A stretch of 64,000 nucleotides of DNA from Octopus bimaculoides (Eukaryota), in the NCBI RefSeq assembly GCF_001194135.2, contig NC_068982.1, positions 68,475,262-68,539,261 of the forward strand, in the 5' to 3' direction. A model generated the notes under the pieces. That model was given only the letters and a program-made list of their open reading frames with translations, made no database searches and had not been told where the DNA came from. Position 1 is the first letter of the stretch, and every line of letters starts with the position of its first letter. Below, piece after piece: positions 52,684 through 64,000 of the stretch. A program made the position numbers and the translations under genes.

Positions 52684-53760
52684 TTAGGTTGGAAAGAAAA
52701 TTCTGTTACATTGTTGACATGATCACTTTGAGGGTACTTTTTCAAGTGAAATAAGCATTAATTTTTACATTCTATTGTTTTTTTAATATTTTCTTTGCAG
52801 TTTACTTTATACCATAGTAGCTAAATTCATATTACTTTTACCCTTTTAAATTAGTTTAAATCAGACCTTTATCAGGTACTGTTTGCTGTATGAATTGAAA
52901 AGGGCCCTTCAGCAATGGAAGTGGAATATCCATTCTGTTTATGGAAGTGAAGCTTCAAGTGTCCAGACATGCCAATGATGTTTTGACCAGTTTCACTCAG
53001 GAAACTTTTTTTTTCTTGCATATTCCTCTTGATCTGGAAAACTATGTTCTGAAACCTGTAGTTGAAGAAAATCCAAGGCAAACTGCATGGGAATGAGCAA
53101 AACAGGCCAGTTTAAGTCACACTTCATGAACTAAGAAAAGTGCCTAAACTTGGTCAGTGGGTCCCTCATCTGACTACTTCACAACTTAATCGAATAAATT
53201 CCCTCTATTTGTCCTTGAAGAGTAGACATGCTACCAAACCTTTCCTGTGTAGAATCATCACTTGTGATAAAATGCAGGTTCCCTACAATCATATCCTACA
53301 AAAACAACAATGGTTAGCAAACAGTGAAAAAAGAGAATCCATTTCCAAACCCAAAAAACAAAATGGTTAGTGTAATTAAATATTGTTGTCAATTGGAAAC
53401 ATCGCACCAAAATTTGCAGGAAAAGTGTTCATCATTGGTCAATCATAAAGGAGTTGTTGCTCTTATATGATAATGCAAGATCACATATTACTCAAGTCAC
53501 TCAGAAAAAAATGATGGCACTAATTATGAAAGTTTTGGCTTGTCCTCCTTAGTCTTGTGACCATGCTTCATCTGACTATCATCTTTTCAGATCAATGCAA
53601 CATTATTTAGAGAGAAAACAGTTTATCAATTGTGAAGCAGTTAAAAGCAGTTTCTTAGCTTCAAAACCTGAAGAACTTTATGCTCAAGGGATCGACAAGT
53701 TGCCAAGTGGATGGGATTATGTTATCAATAAGTGGGGGGAAATATTATCTTGACTGAATT
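52684..53760 (+). mobile_element. Mariner (DD34D-type) transposon remnant
   Basis: ta|ttaggttggaaagaaaa TIR-like start; GQWVPHL, FLCRIITCDK, YDNARSH and CPP*SCDHASSDYHLFRSMQH (YSPDLAPSDY equivalent). Confidence 0.85.
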
Positions 53761-54152
53761 TATTAATGAAGACCAAAGAAGAATTTGGTTCTTTTCCATC
53801 TTCTGGAAATATTACAGGACTTTCTGGCTGACCTAACTTGTCACTATGTGAGATTGTCAGAGACTGTGATACATGTAGTGGTGTTGTAGACGAGGACTTA
53901 TTTATCATATCACTTTGGAGGATATGATGGAAATAGTACAAGTCTGGATTGAAGTTGCATGTGGGTGATGTTCAAGTATTGAAGATTAAAGGAGAATGGA
54001 AGGTGCTATGATATGTACTGGAATGTGTGTGTGGCTAAAAGTTGGTTGCTATTGTATTAAAGAAGAATGCAGAAGACAACTGAAGTTTGAGGTATGCCAG
54101 AATTGTATAGAATGTAGGTCAGAGAAGGACCCTCTATGCACAGAGCAGTATA

Positions 54153-55661
54153 CCGTTAAAACTCATGTAATTTGCACACCTGTGTAATTTATACAGGTGA
54201 TTTTCAGGATAAAAATTGTTAAAAAAAGCTTCTACTCATGTAAAATTTTCACCCAAAAGTTTTCAGTATTGTTGATATGGCTAGGGAAAAAAAAGGTTTT
54301 CAATTTAGTTGTATTTAGCATAATTTCACTTACTTATGATTAGATTTTATTAAATTTTCATTGAATAAAAATAATTTGTTTAGCAGGTATCACATTGAAA
54401 GCTATTAAATTACGAAGTATTTGTGTTGCTTATAATAAACTTTATTTTATATTTCTTGCTCACAAGAGATTATATCTGATCTTTAGCATACTTCTATATG
54501 TCTTCTCAAATCATGATCACAGGAAAAAACAAAGCTGATAAATATGCACAAGTGTTGCAAAATATGTTTAATTACCAATAAACATCAGCTTAGATGACAC
54601 TTTACTCAACCAACGGAGGAAGGTGACTGATCAAACTGATTATGTAAACACAATTCTGATTAGTTGAAAGTGTTTTTCTCAAGCTCTAATTTTCTGCCTA
54701 TTCTTGTCGGAACCTTTGATACGGAGTATTGAAATTTTAATCCCTTTCACACTTCAAGCAAACTTAGAAATTTGTCATTTTAGCCGGGAGACCAAACTGA
54801 TAGTCTGGTAACCCGCTAAAATAAACATTAAAAATCAAAAGGAGAAAATAAACAGCTTTTGCAAGTTTAACTCTGTGTTTATTGAACAAGAGAGGTATGA
54901 ATTTTAAGAAGCAACTTGTTAGAATATACATGTCTGTGAGGAGACATAACCAAGAATAGCAAAAATCTACTATACCAAAAGAACTGGTAATAATTACATT
55001 ACAAGTGTTCTATGAAGAGAACATAAGATTGCTGCATAATTCAACATAAATGTGAAACGACATTAAACATCGTATAAGGTAAATGAAGGTTTCTGTAGGA
55101 ACGCTAAGTCATATTCACTTAGTGAGTTTACATGTGCAAAGATGAATTATGATGTCGTTGTCGACATTACATGCAGTAAGAGCTGATAGTGGTGATATCA
55201 GCAGTGAGGAATTTCATTGTGTTGTAACATGAAGAAAGTGAACAAATAACTTCCTGGTGCAAATGCAAGCTAGACTATCTAATCAGAGAAAAACCGATTC
55301 AAGGAAATTGCTGGGCTCCATTACAATTGGTAGAAACTCCACGCAATGTATAAAATATGGCCTGGACCATGATTACCAGCATGAACGTCTAACTTCATAA
55401 AGTAGCTACCCATTTAATGGTTTTAGTAAATTTATACAGAAAAAGTAAGCATTATACCATCCAGCATAAATAAAAGTCAATTTCATTATATTTTTTCTGT
55501 AAAAACCCATTCTGACATTAAATGAGTCAACTTCCTGTATATCATTTTTCAACAAAAAAAAATTTCTAAAACAATTCTGGAAACGATCTACTCATGTAAT
55601 TTACGCACGCCTGAAAATGTTTTTGTGACAAAAAGTGCGTAAATTATATGGGTTTTTACGG
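54153..55661. mobile_element. 1.5-kb TIR element with TA flanks (pogo/Tc1-superfamily, apparently non-autonomous)
   Basis: Left TA|ccgttaaaactcatgtaatttgcac; right gtgcgtaaattatatgggtttttacgg|TA; no long ORF. Confidence 0.78.
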
Positions 55662-56529
55662 TAATCAGAAACTGAGTTCCCAAATATGTTGGATAGCACT
55701 CAGTCAAGCAACAAAGCTAAGAGGCTCTTGTGCCAGACAGTCAAGCATTTTGTTAGTGATAAGGGAAATTGAAGTACTTTTATTAAGTTCTCTAGAGCAA
55801 GAGGTTGTAGTTGGATTATGTAGGAAAGTCTTCGGTAGATCTGACTTAGACAAACCATACCAAGGAGAGAAAGAAACACATGATGATAAGAGAGCTGTTT
55901 GCTTACACATTTCTAATTTTTCATGATGTTTAGTTGCAAGTGAACAAGTTTGGGACTATGGGTTTAGGATATGGAAGGTCATATCTAGAGTAATCTAACA
56001 CCTTTTTATTTGGCTGCCTTGCATGTATCAGAATAGAAGCACAATTACTGCTAAGAGTTGTTAAAATATCATTGGTGCAATTCTGCTTAGTTAATTGATC
56101 TAGGTATTGGAAGAATTTAGGGAACTGTTAAGTTGGCATGTCAAGCATTTGCCCTTTTTTTTTTTTTTTTTTTGGTGAATTGGTTACACTGTTACATGTT
56201 TCTATAGACTGAGATAGATCCCTGTAGATAAAAAAACAATTAATATGTTGGAGAAGATAAAAACTTCCTTTGTGTTGTATTCTCTGAAGGTAATGGAAAG
56301 AACACTGTCAGGCCCAATTGCTTTGTTATATTGGAGGGATTAGAGAAGTTTTTGCACTTGACAACTGTATGAATGTAATTTTGAGACATGAATTAGGAAA
56401 TAGTTTGGGACAGTTTTATGAAATTTGTGTTGGCCTTATCTGCCAGAAAACTACTTAAGAGAGACAACTGATCTGAGGAGCCATATGTAGGAGACTTCAT
56501 CAGGCTGCTACTGACTGTTAACCATATTG

Positions 56530-56745
56530 TGCCTGTGACTGGCCTTCGTGCTGGTGGCACATAAAAGCACCCACTACACTCTCGGAGTGGTTGGCGTTAG
56601 GAAGGGCATCCAGCTGTAGAAACTCTGCCAGATCAGATTGGAGCCTGGTGCAGCCATCTGGTTCACCAGTCCTCAGTCAAATCGTCCAACCCATGCTAGC
56701 ATGGAAAGCGGACGTTAAACGATGATGATGATGATGATGATGATG
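56530..56745 (+). mobile_element. Young RTE tail copy with long (GAT)n
   Basis: CpG-intact tail, near-identical to the reverse complement of 7852-7986. Confidence 0.9.
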
Positions 56746-57011
56746 AGTAACTTAGTTGTGTCTGTTTGAGGTAGTGTTTTCAAAATCCTGTACACATCGC
56801 AGAGGAACATCAATCACAAATTAGGAAGAATATAGGGCATCATTCCAACATGTTCGGTTTCGTTCCTGTATTGAAAAATCAAGAGAACACATTTTTTGTT
56901 TGTCTGTTATGGTTTTAATTTACATTAATGTTGTAATTTAATTTTCATGTTCAGACATTCTTCAAATTTATAAAGAACATAAGCAATATATATATATATA
57001 TATCTTATACA

Positions 57012-57793
57012 CTAGTTTAAAAGCCACCGCACTGGGTGGCTTTTAAGCAACTGACCCTGAATGGAAAGATCTGCAAACAGATCTCTGACTTGTTTTGCAG
57101 AATTTGTTGCAGTTGCTTCCTCCAGAGTCATATCCCAATGATGATCATATTTGTCATTAAAAAAAAATTTTTTTTTTTTTAAATCGCAGTAATGAAACCA
57201 CAAGGATTCCAAATTTCAGGATTGCAGGTCCAAATTCAGCCCGGAATGTTTTTTAATTTATCCATGGAGTTAGCCTTTCAATTATAAAAATTGTTATCAT
57301 ACAAAAAAATTTGTCACAAAAAGTCACATTAAAAAAATTGCTGAAAACAATTACAGTAATGAAAACTTGGGAATCCAAAATTTCAGGATTGTGGGTCCAG
57401 ATTCAGCCCGGAATATTTTTAATTTACTCACAGAGTCAGCCTGATTCCAAAATGGCATATGTTGGGCTATGGCCTCTAGGAGTAAAATTGAAAAAGTGTG
57501 ACACACTGACATTCACATATATCATTATATTACATTACGGCGGCAAGCTGACAGAATTGTTAGCATGCCAGGCGAAATGTTTCACGGTATACCATCTGCC
57601 ATTAGGTTTTGAGTTTGAATTCTGCCGAGGTCGACTTTACCTTTCATCCTTTCAGGGTTGATAAAATTAGTACCGGGTCGATGTAATCAACTTAATGCAT
57701 TCCCTCCAAATTTGAGGCCTTGTGCTTCCAGCAAAAAAGATTTATTAAAGTTGAAAAAATGTGACACACTGACATTCACATTTATTATATTAG
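57012..57793 (-). mobile_element. Non-autonomous Helitron with a RepHel coding remnant
   Basis: 3' end CTAG|T at 57015-57011 with a gccacccagtgcggtggc hairpin 11 nt from the end. DHHWDMTLEEATATNSAKQVRDLFA (57072-57155) matches the RepHel inter-domain motif. 5'-end-like ctaatataataaat at 57793. Confidence 0.8.
57534..57750 (+). mobile_element. tRNA-derived SINE nested in the Helitron 5' end
   Basis: ggcggcaagctgacagaattgttagc head, gagtttgaattct B-box, gaggtcgactttacctttcatcctttc core. Confidence 0.82.
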
Positions 57794-58183
57794 TTATGTT
57801 TAATTTGAGGGAAACTTTATTTCAATTAAAGTGCATTTTATATATATGTGTGTGTATGTGTTTGTATACATGTATAAAAGAAAGCAAAAAATAAAACAAA
57901 AATGATAGTGTTCAGTATGCTGGCGGCAGGAATTTCTGTCAAAGGGACATGGTTAAACAAAGTTGTACATCATCTCCCTCTTTCTCTCACATGCACACTT
58001 TTTCTCTCTCTTTTATCATTACTCCCACTATCACCATCATACTACTTTTCATAAAACATCATCAACTCTCCCTAAATTTCTTTGTCTCTCTCTCTCTCTC
58101 TCCCGCTCTTTTCTCTCTATCTTCACCATCTCTATGCCTACTATTACTCTCACCCCATCATGGGGAATAGTAGGAGTGTCACT

Positions 58184-58339
58184 AAATAGTGAGAGAGGGG
58201 GTCTAAATGTGACACAGTAATTAGTTTTCGTATTTATTATATTAGATATATATATATATATATATATCTAATATAATAAATATGAAAACTAATTACTGTG
58301 TGTTGGTGTGTCACATTTAGACCCCCTCTTTCACTATTT
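58184..58339. repeat. Long palindrome centred on (TA)n
   Basis: Arms of about 62 bp and 73 bp are reverse complements apart from a 10-bp indel and two substitutions. Confidence 0.9.
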
Positions 58340-58341
58340 TT

Positions 58342-58560
58342 ATATATAAAAGATGGAGGTAGAAATAGCACAGAAGGAATTTAATAAAATGATTTTAAAA
58401 ATTATATAAAGAAAATATTACTGGTTTTGATGATGAATCATCTTTTTTAATATCAGTAAAAATTTATGAAAATTTGAAGTAAAAACAGTTTATCTTCTGT
58501 CTGAGGGTGAAATGTCTTAGATTTACTTCTGGACTATCTCTACCTCCATCTTTTATATAT
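58342..58560. mobile_element. MITE-like element with 21-bp perfect (about 36-bp imperfect) inverted termini
   Basis: atatataaaagatggaggtag / ctacctccatcttttatatat. Confidence 0.65.
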
Positions 58561-58825
58561 ATATAAAAGCTCATTGTTGATGGTTGCAAAGGTAGAGCAT
58601 AAATCTAGTACACTTAGATACACCATGTTTTTGCAGTGTTTGCTTGAACAGAAGTGAGTGTACACTGGATTATTTTCATGCTGGATTAAGTTAGATTTGT
58701 AGCATAGTAATTATGAACATATTCTGATGCAGTATTGTTTCAGAGGCCCTACACATGTAGACCCAACCATGTCTTGCTTCTGGTGCTTCTTCACCCAACT
58801 GCACTTCATTTGTATCACATCTTTT

Positions 58826-59011
58826 ATCTTTTACATGTTTCTGTCATTGTACTGTGGCGATGCTGGAGCCCTGCCTTGAAGGGTTTAGTCAAACAAATTG
58901 ACCACAGTCTGGTTTTTATTCTATTTCTCTCTTTTGCCAAACAGCTAACTTATGGGGATGTAAATAAACCAACCCTAGGGTGGTAGTGAGGACAAACATA
59001 CACACACACAT

Positions 59012-59044
<33 letters not shown>

Positions 59045-59207
59045 ACTGGGTTCCACACAGTTTCCATTTACCAAATTCACTCACAAGGCATTGGTTAGCT
59101 AAGGGCTATAAGAGTAGACACTTGCTCAAGGAACTGTGCAGTGGAACTGAACCTGAAACCACATGGTTGTAAACCAAGCTTATTAACCATACAACCATGC
59201 CTGCACC
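58826..59207 (-). mobile_element. tRNA-derived SINE (46538 family), diverged; further copies at about 29480-29740, 46030-46165 and 61075-61300
   Basis: Tail, (CA)n core and head in reverse order on the plus strand. Confidence 0.75.
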
Positions 59208-59819
59208 TATGCCTACAACAGTCCAGCTGTTTTCTCCTCCAACATATTAGCTAATGCCTTCAATGTTCAACAACTTTCTATCCTTACACATACTCAGCTT
59301 TTCAAACAAATTAACATAACTCATTTCTTTCTGTCTTTCTTTGTTTTTATACCTCTGTTCTACATTGCATGTCACTGCATGTGCATGTGTGTGTATTTAT
59401 ATGTGTATGTATGTCTGCATTGATTTTGGTAATAAAGTACACACTACTTTCAACTATTTATTATACATATGTATGGATATACATCCTTCTGTCTATGCAT
59501 AGAGTGGGGATCAAAGGATACTGCATCACTAATTCAATCCAGTGAGCACTCTTCAAACAGCATTACACCCATCCTGGGTAGCTCATGTTATACTACATAT
59601 ATGAATGCACACATATCCCACACCTATAAGCATGTACAATGTATTCTAGTGCAGTATCTCTCATGGGTGGATGGACAAATTGCCATGTTTAATACGATTT
59701 TTTTTTTGTTTGAATTTTTTTTTTCAACTCCGACTCAGTAAGGCTAGTTACCTGATTTCCATCACAACATTCCTCCTGAAAATAGTCCATTGCTAGGATT
59801 CAAGGCCAGCAGTTTTGTA

Positions 59820-59990
59820 GGGAGGAGACATGTTATGTTATTTTATTGACTGCTATGTTGTTTTATTGACTGCAAAGAGATGACAGGCAAAGTTGGCCTT
59901 GGCTGGATTTGAACTCAGAGTGTAAAGTCAGAAGAAATGCCATTAAGTATTTTGTCTGTTATGCTAATGACTTTGCCAACCCTGCATTTT
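59820..59990 (-). mobile_element. Diverged SINE of the 57534 family; others at about 21500-21630, 37000-37200 and 41800-42000
   Basis: ggcaaagttggccttggctggatttgaactcagag = reverse complement of the B-box/core. Confidence 0.6.
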
Positions 59991-61324
59991 GATTAATAGT
60001 ATTAGTTAGTTTCAAACTTTTTTAAATGTGTCTAATACCATGGGCAAACAATGAATTACGTGGTTGCAAACCTTAATTTTTTGTCTTATTAATAAAGAAG
60101 GGAACAAAAATTTTCACCAGTATTTGGTAGGGAACTGGGGTTACAGTGGAGTTACAGTTTGAAAAAAATCGCTGTTTTAGTTGTGTGGATAGATAAGATT
60201 GATAGTAATGTTAATAGTGTTCTTTTTCTGCATTCATTTAAAAATTTGTTTTGAGTCTTGGCAGTAGTTAGCTTAGCATTAACTAGAAGAAGCAAAATCT
60301 AAATTTTAATAAGATCTTAGTGTTTTCGTTTTTTTTATTTTAAATTTTTATATAGCAAAAATTGAAAAGAAAAAATTTCTTTTTTTCTTTTAATTGTGAT
60401 ATTGATTGGTCATCTGCAGTTACACACCTTGCTGAACATGGAATTAACAAATGGAAAATTGCATTACCTTGGTTAATAATATCCTGTACTTAAAGAATGG
60501 GAAGTCTAATTATCTGTTCTTGAGGAACAAGGGTGGTTGCAATTACATGTGAGCTAAGAGTATCCTGAGAATTGTTGAAACTCTTCTAATCTGTTTCATT
60601 GATGCACACTAATATTTTGCATTAATCTCAAATAAGAAGTTATTCATAAAACAACCCTGAAACCTTAAATTATTATTTTTTCTTCTTATGAAAAGGAGGG
60701 GGGAAAAAATTGAATTTTCTGTCTTTTGAGAAATTCCAATTTCATAACTGCCTATAGTTCACTATCTACAATGTTTTCATGCTATTTTTCAAGTTGTTTA
60801 TTTTTTTCTGTTTGGTTGCACAACTTCTTCATGCATTGATCCTACATGTTCATTGAACATCAATTACAATAATACTGTATTTAAAAAAATTTTTTTATTA
60901 AACTTTTGAAATTTGAATAAATTTACATTTGATTCTCAGGTTTTATTTTTTTTTTTACTTTGAGATCAGTTAAACGGGTTGCTTTACTATGAAATTTGAT
61001 CAACTATCAGTAATTTACTGTAAATTAACTCTTAACCCTTTAGCTTTCAGATCACTCTGTCACATGTAATACTCATTACTTTTATCTTTTCTTATTTCAG
61101 TCATGAGACTGCAGTCATACTGGGGCACTGCTTTGAAGAATCTTTTAGTCGAATGAATTGACCCCAAAACTTATCATTTTTAAAGACTGGTCTATCAGTC
61201 ACTGTTGCTGAACTGTTAAGTTACAGGGTCGTAAACACACTAACACCAGTTGCCAAGCAGTGGTTGTGGGACACACATGCATGCATACATACATACATTT
61301 GGTCAGGTCATCTCTCGTGTATAA

Positions 61325-61680
61325 GTGATATCAGAATTCCAAAGCAACTTCTCTTTGGCCAATTTCCAACAGGGAGGTCAGTTGGAGGGCCACTCTTGCA
61401 CTTAAAAGACAAACTAAAAGACAATCTGAAGTGATGCAACATTCCCTTTTCTTCCTGGGAAAGCAAAGCATCAGAACACAAGACCTGGCACCAGTCTTGC
61501 TTCTCCTTAGTTCAAAGATTTGAGCAATCAACTCCAACATTGGAACCAACTTTGTGCAAGCATGAAGGCACACAGGCAAAACGCTGCTCCTCTAAATGAA
61601 AACCCTACCTGTCATTGTGGTTTTGTGGCATGAAGCAAAGCAGGACTTGCCATCCATTCAAGAAAACACATAGTAGATGA
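61325..61680 (+). mobile_element. RTE (BovB-like) LINE C-terminus with a C2H2-like finger
   Basis: DIRIPKQLLFGQFPTGRSVGGPLLHLKDKLKDNLK and PTCHCGFVA*SKAGLAIHSRKH. Confidence 0.65.
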
Positions 61681-61871
61681 TCCATAAGCACTCAAGCAAA
61701 CTGAGTCCTCAACTTGGTCCATTTGCTGAAAAGTTTGCAAGGCACCAATAAGCTTCAGGAGACACATCTACGTCCATAGAACATGATTACCACTTTATTT
61801 TACTGAACCCTCATTTGTCATTCACAATGAGAGTAATCTATCATATATATATACACACACACACACACATG

Positions 61872-62685
61872 CAGGGTGTGATGGGTAAATTGCTGCCATT
61901 TTATATTTTTCATTTTGTTGCGCATGTGTATTGTTTGTTTTTGATTTTGTCAACTACACAGTATAGTTGGGCATCATCTGTGAAAAAACCCAGCACCATA
62001 ACGCAATTCACTCTGCCAGAAATTTGGAATTGATATGGTGTACTGCTTGGCATTCACACCGGAAACTCCAATATGAACATTTCAGAGTGTTTGGGTGTCA
62101 ATCTGAGGACAGTGCATGTACTGAGAGTGATAAAAATCAAACATCCAGTCAACATCATGGTGTTTGGAGTGATCACTAGTGATGGCAATGACATGCCTCC
62201 ATTCATCTTCCCACATGGCCTCAGACTCAACACAGAGGCCTGCATAAAGTGCCTGGAGGAGGTAGTGCTGCCCTGGGTCAAGAGGGTGACTACTAGAAGA
62301 CCCTATATCTGGCAACAGGACTCTACACCATACCACACAAGCAGAAGAATCTAGTCATGGCTGTCAGACAATTTCTGCAACCACATCACCCCTAACATCT
62401 GGCCACCTAACCCTCAGACTGCAACCCCCTTCATTATTATGTGTGGGGCACAGTTGAGCGAGAGACCAACAAAACTCCTTGTAACACCAAAGATGAACTG
62501 AAGGCATGAACAGAATAGTTGCAGGAGATTCCAAGACATCTGGAGGCCATGGTTGAAACCAATGGCAATTTTATTGAATAAATTTACTCTTTAGTATTTC
62601 AAGATATTTTTATCTGTTAAAATGAGATGTCTGTGTTATTTTCATTTTTGTGTAAATTAGAGGACAATATATTCACTGCACCCTG
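61872..62685 (+). mobile_element. maT (DD37D-type) Tc1/mariner, internally deleted, both TIRs
   Basis: cagggtgtgatgggtaaatt... and ...tgcaccctg|ta termini; IMVFGVITSDG...WQQDSTPYHTSRRI*SWLSDNFCNHITPNIWPPN; after one frameshift the spacing to the third catalytic position is 37. Confidence 0.85.
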
Positions 62686-62779
62686 TATATATACATACAG
62701 GGTGATCAGATGAAATGTAGACATATATTGACAACAACATCTGTCCTAGAAACAGTTAAATCCCAAAGAACCTTAAGGA

Positions 62780-63530
62780 ACTAATCAACTGAGCTCACAT
62801 AAGCTTCAAGCTGGTAAAGCCCATATCCCTAAAAAAAAATTAACAGCAAGTTCTACTTCACATTTAGCAGCACACAGAAATCATCCATTACTGAGGCATC
62901 AATGAAGTGCCTGGGAAAGAGATGTTTGATTGCAACTGAAAATATACAACATCCATCCAAGAACCAAGCAAGAGTTGGAAGCCTAACTAGCTGAAGTGGA
63001 CAAGTCAGGCCAACCTGGCAAGCTCAATGCTTAGATATACCAAACTGGCATCCACCCACAGAAAATCTATGAGATCCTGATATACATAGTTTAGGATTTT
63101 GAGAAGAGAGTAAACAGGTTTCTGCAGAAGTAGCAGGGACTGCCTTGGAGCTTGAGCAGCATTAACTAGTATGAACAGAACAACAGATTGAAGCTCCACA
63201 TCAGCAGCCTAAAGAAGAGTTCACATTGATTTGGGCTAGAAGAGAGCAGCAATATTGAAAGCTTTGTGATGCAAAAGTTTTTGAGGACGTCATTGAAGTC
63301 AAGACAGCACAGAAATGGTAAATGATGCAAAGTTGCAGCTGAGTTATAGAATGCCAGAGAGTGTAATGTCTTGTGAAAGAGCTGATCTGGGGAACAGCAC
63401 ATCAATCAGTGATAATGTGCAGAGTAAGAACACAAGGTTGCTGGTCCAGAATGAAGAGGAAACACTGATTGAGGAAGAGCAAGTTAGCAAGATGATTGGA
63501 ATGCAGAAACAGGAAGTCTGGGAGTAAGCA
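62780..63530 (+). mobile_element. Hero-like non-LTR retrotransposon, post-RT remnant
   Basis: EVDKSGQPGKLNA*IYQTGI...FEKRVNRFLQK*QGLPWSLSSI and ERADLG resemble Hero VDKSGLPGKFKAWIYQHGI...RWLGLPRSLSSI...GRAGLG. Confidence 0.7.
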
Positions 63531-64000
63531 GTTGAGTGTGAAGTCTGAGCCTCTTTGAATAAAATTCTTGATTCAAGTGGTCCACAATAGTCTACCAAGT
63601 CCATCCAACTTGTTCTGAGGAAAGTGGAAACACTAACTTCTGTGCTTTTAGAGAAAGACTTTGAAGTACATTCTGAGCATCAACTTTCACAGCAGATTTA
63701 CATTATTTCTCTAAACAGAGACTTTGAAAGTATCCATCAATAGCACAGAGACACTATCACTGCATGTATTAAGGGAAACAGTTTTACCCTATATCTCCAC
63801 CAAGGTATAAATAAGTTAAAAACTCCTGTAATCTGCTACAATTGCTGAGCCTCATAGTTTCAGATGGTCTTTTATGGTGACCACATATTTGTAACACAGC
63901 TAAAACTGAATAGCAAAGAATTGGTTTCCTCTTTTGGGTCAATAAATTCTTTGGCTCTAATAAGTAGTTGACCTTCTACGAAGCACATGCAAAATACACA

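Overview
AT-rich, repeat-dense animal genomic DNA with five N gaps. The SINE and RTE families look like those I recall from octopus genomes (inference, not database-verified). The only host gene I can support is a REPS1/REPS2 (RalBP1-associated Eps domain) orthologue on the minus strand. Two canonical GT-AG coding exons are visible: 10496..10619, the second half of the N-terminal EH domain, and a 45-nt exon at 3701..3745, which splices to it in frame. The expected ATG/EH exon was not found, so 10620-64000 is probably one very long upstream intron, or that exon sits in a gap or is too diverged to spot. Everything else is layered, mostly dead transposons: a Tc1 with DD36E spacing, DD34D mariners, a DD37D maT element, Tigger/pogo, hAT-Buster plus a MITE, a Helitron, a solo LTR, RTE, Hero and CR1 LINEs, and several tRNA-derived SINE families. 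No prokaryotic features, CRISPR arrays, rRNA or convincing tRNA genes. Most worth follow-up: (1) a young CpG-rich solo LTR with promoter motifs about 260 bp from a REPS exon; (2) a candidate alternative first exon at 26591..26660 that would give an EH1-less REPS isoform; (3) a C4HC3 PHD finger inside the RT region of the dominant RTE LINE; (4) the DD36E Tc1; (5) a Helitron/palindrome cluster at 57.0-58.6 kb; (6) inverted repeats in the pre-mRNA that could be A-to-I editing substrates. Coordinates of degenerate TE remnants are approximate.
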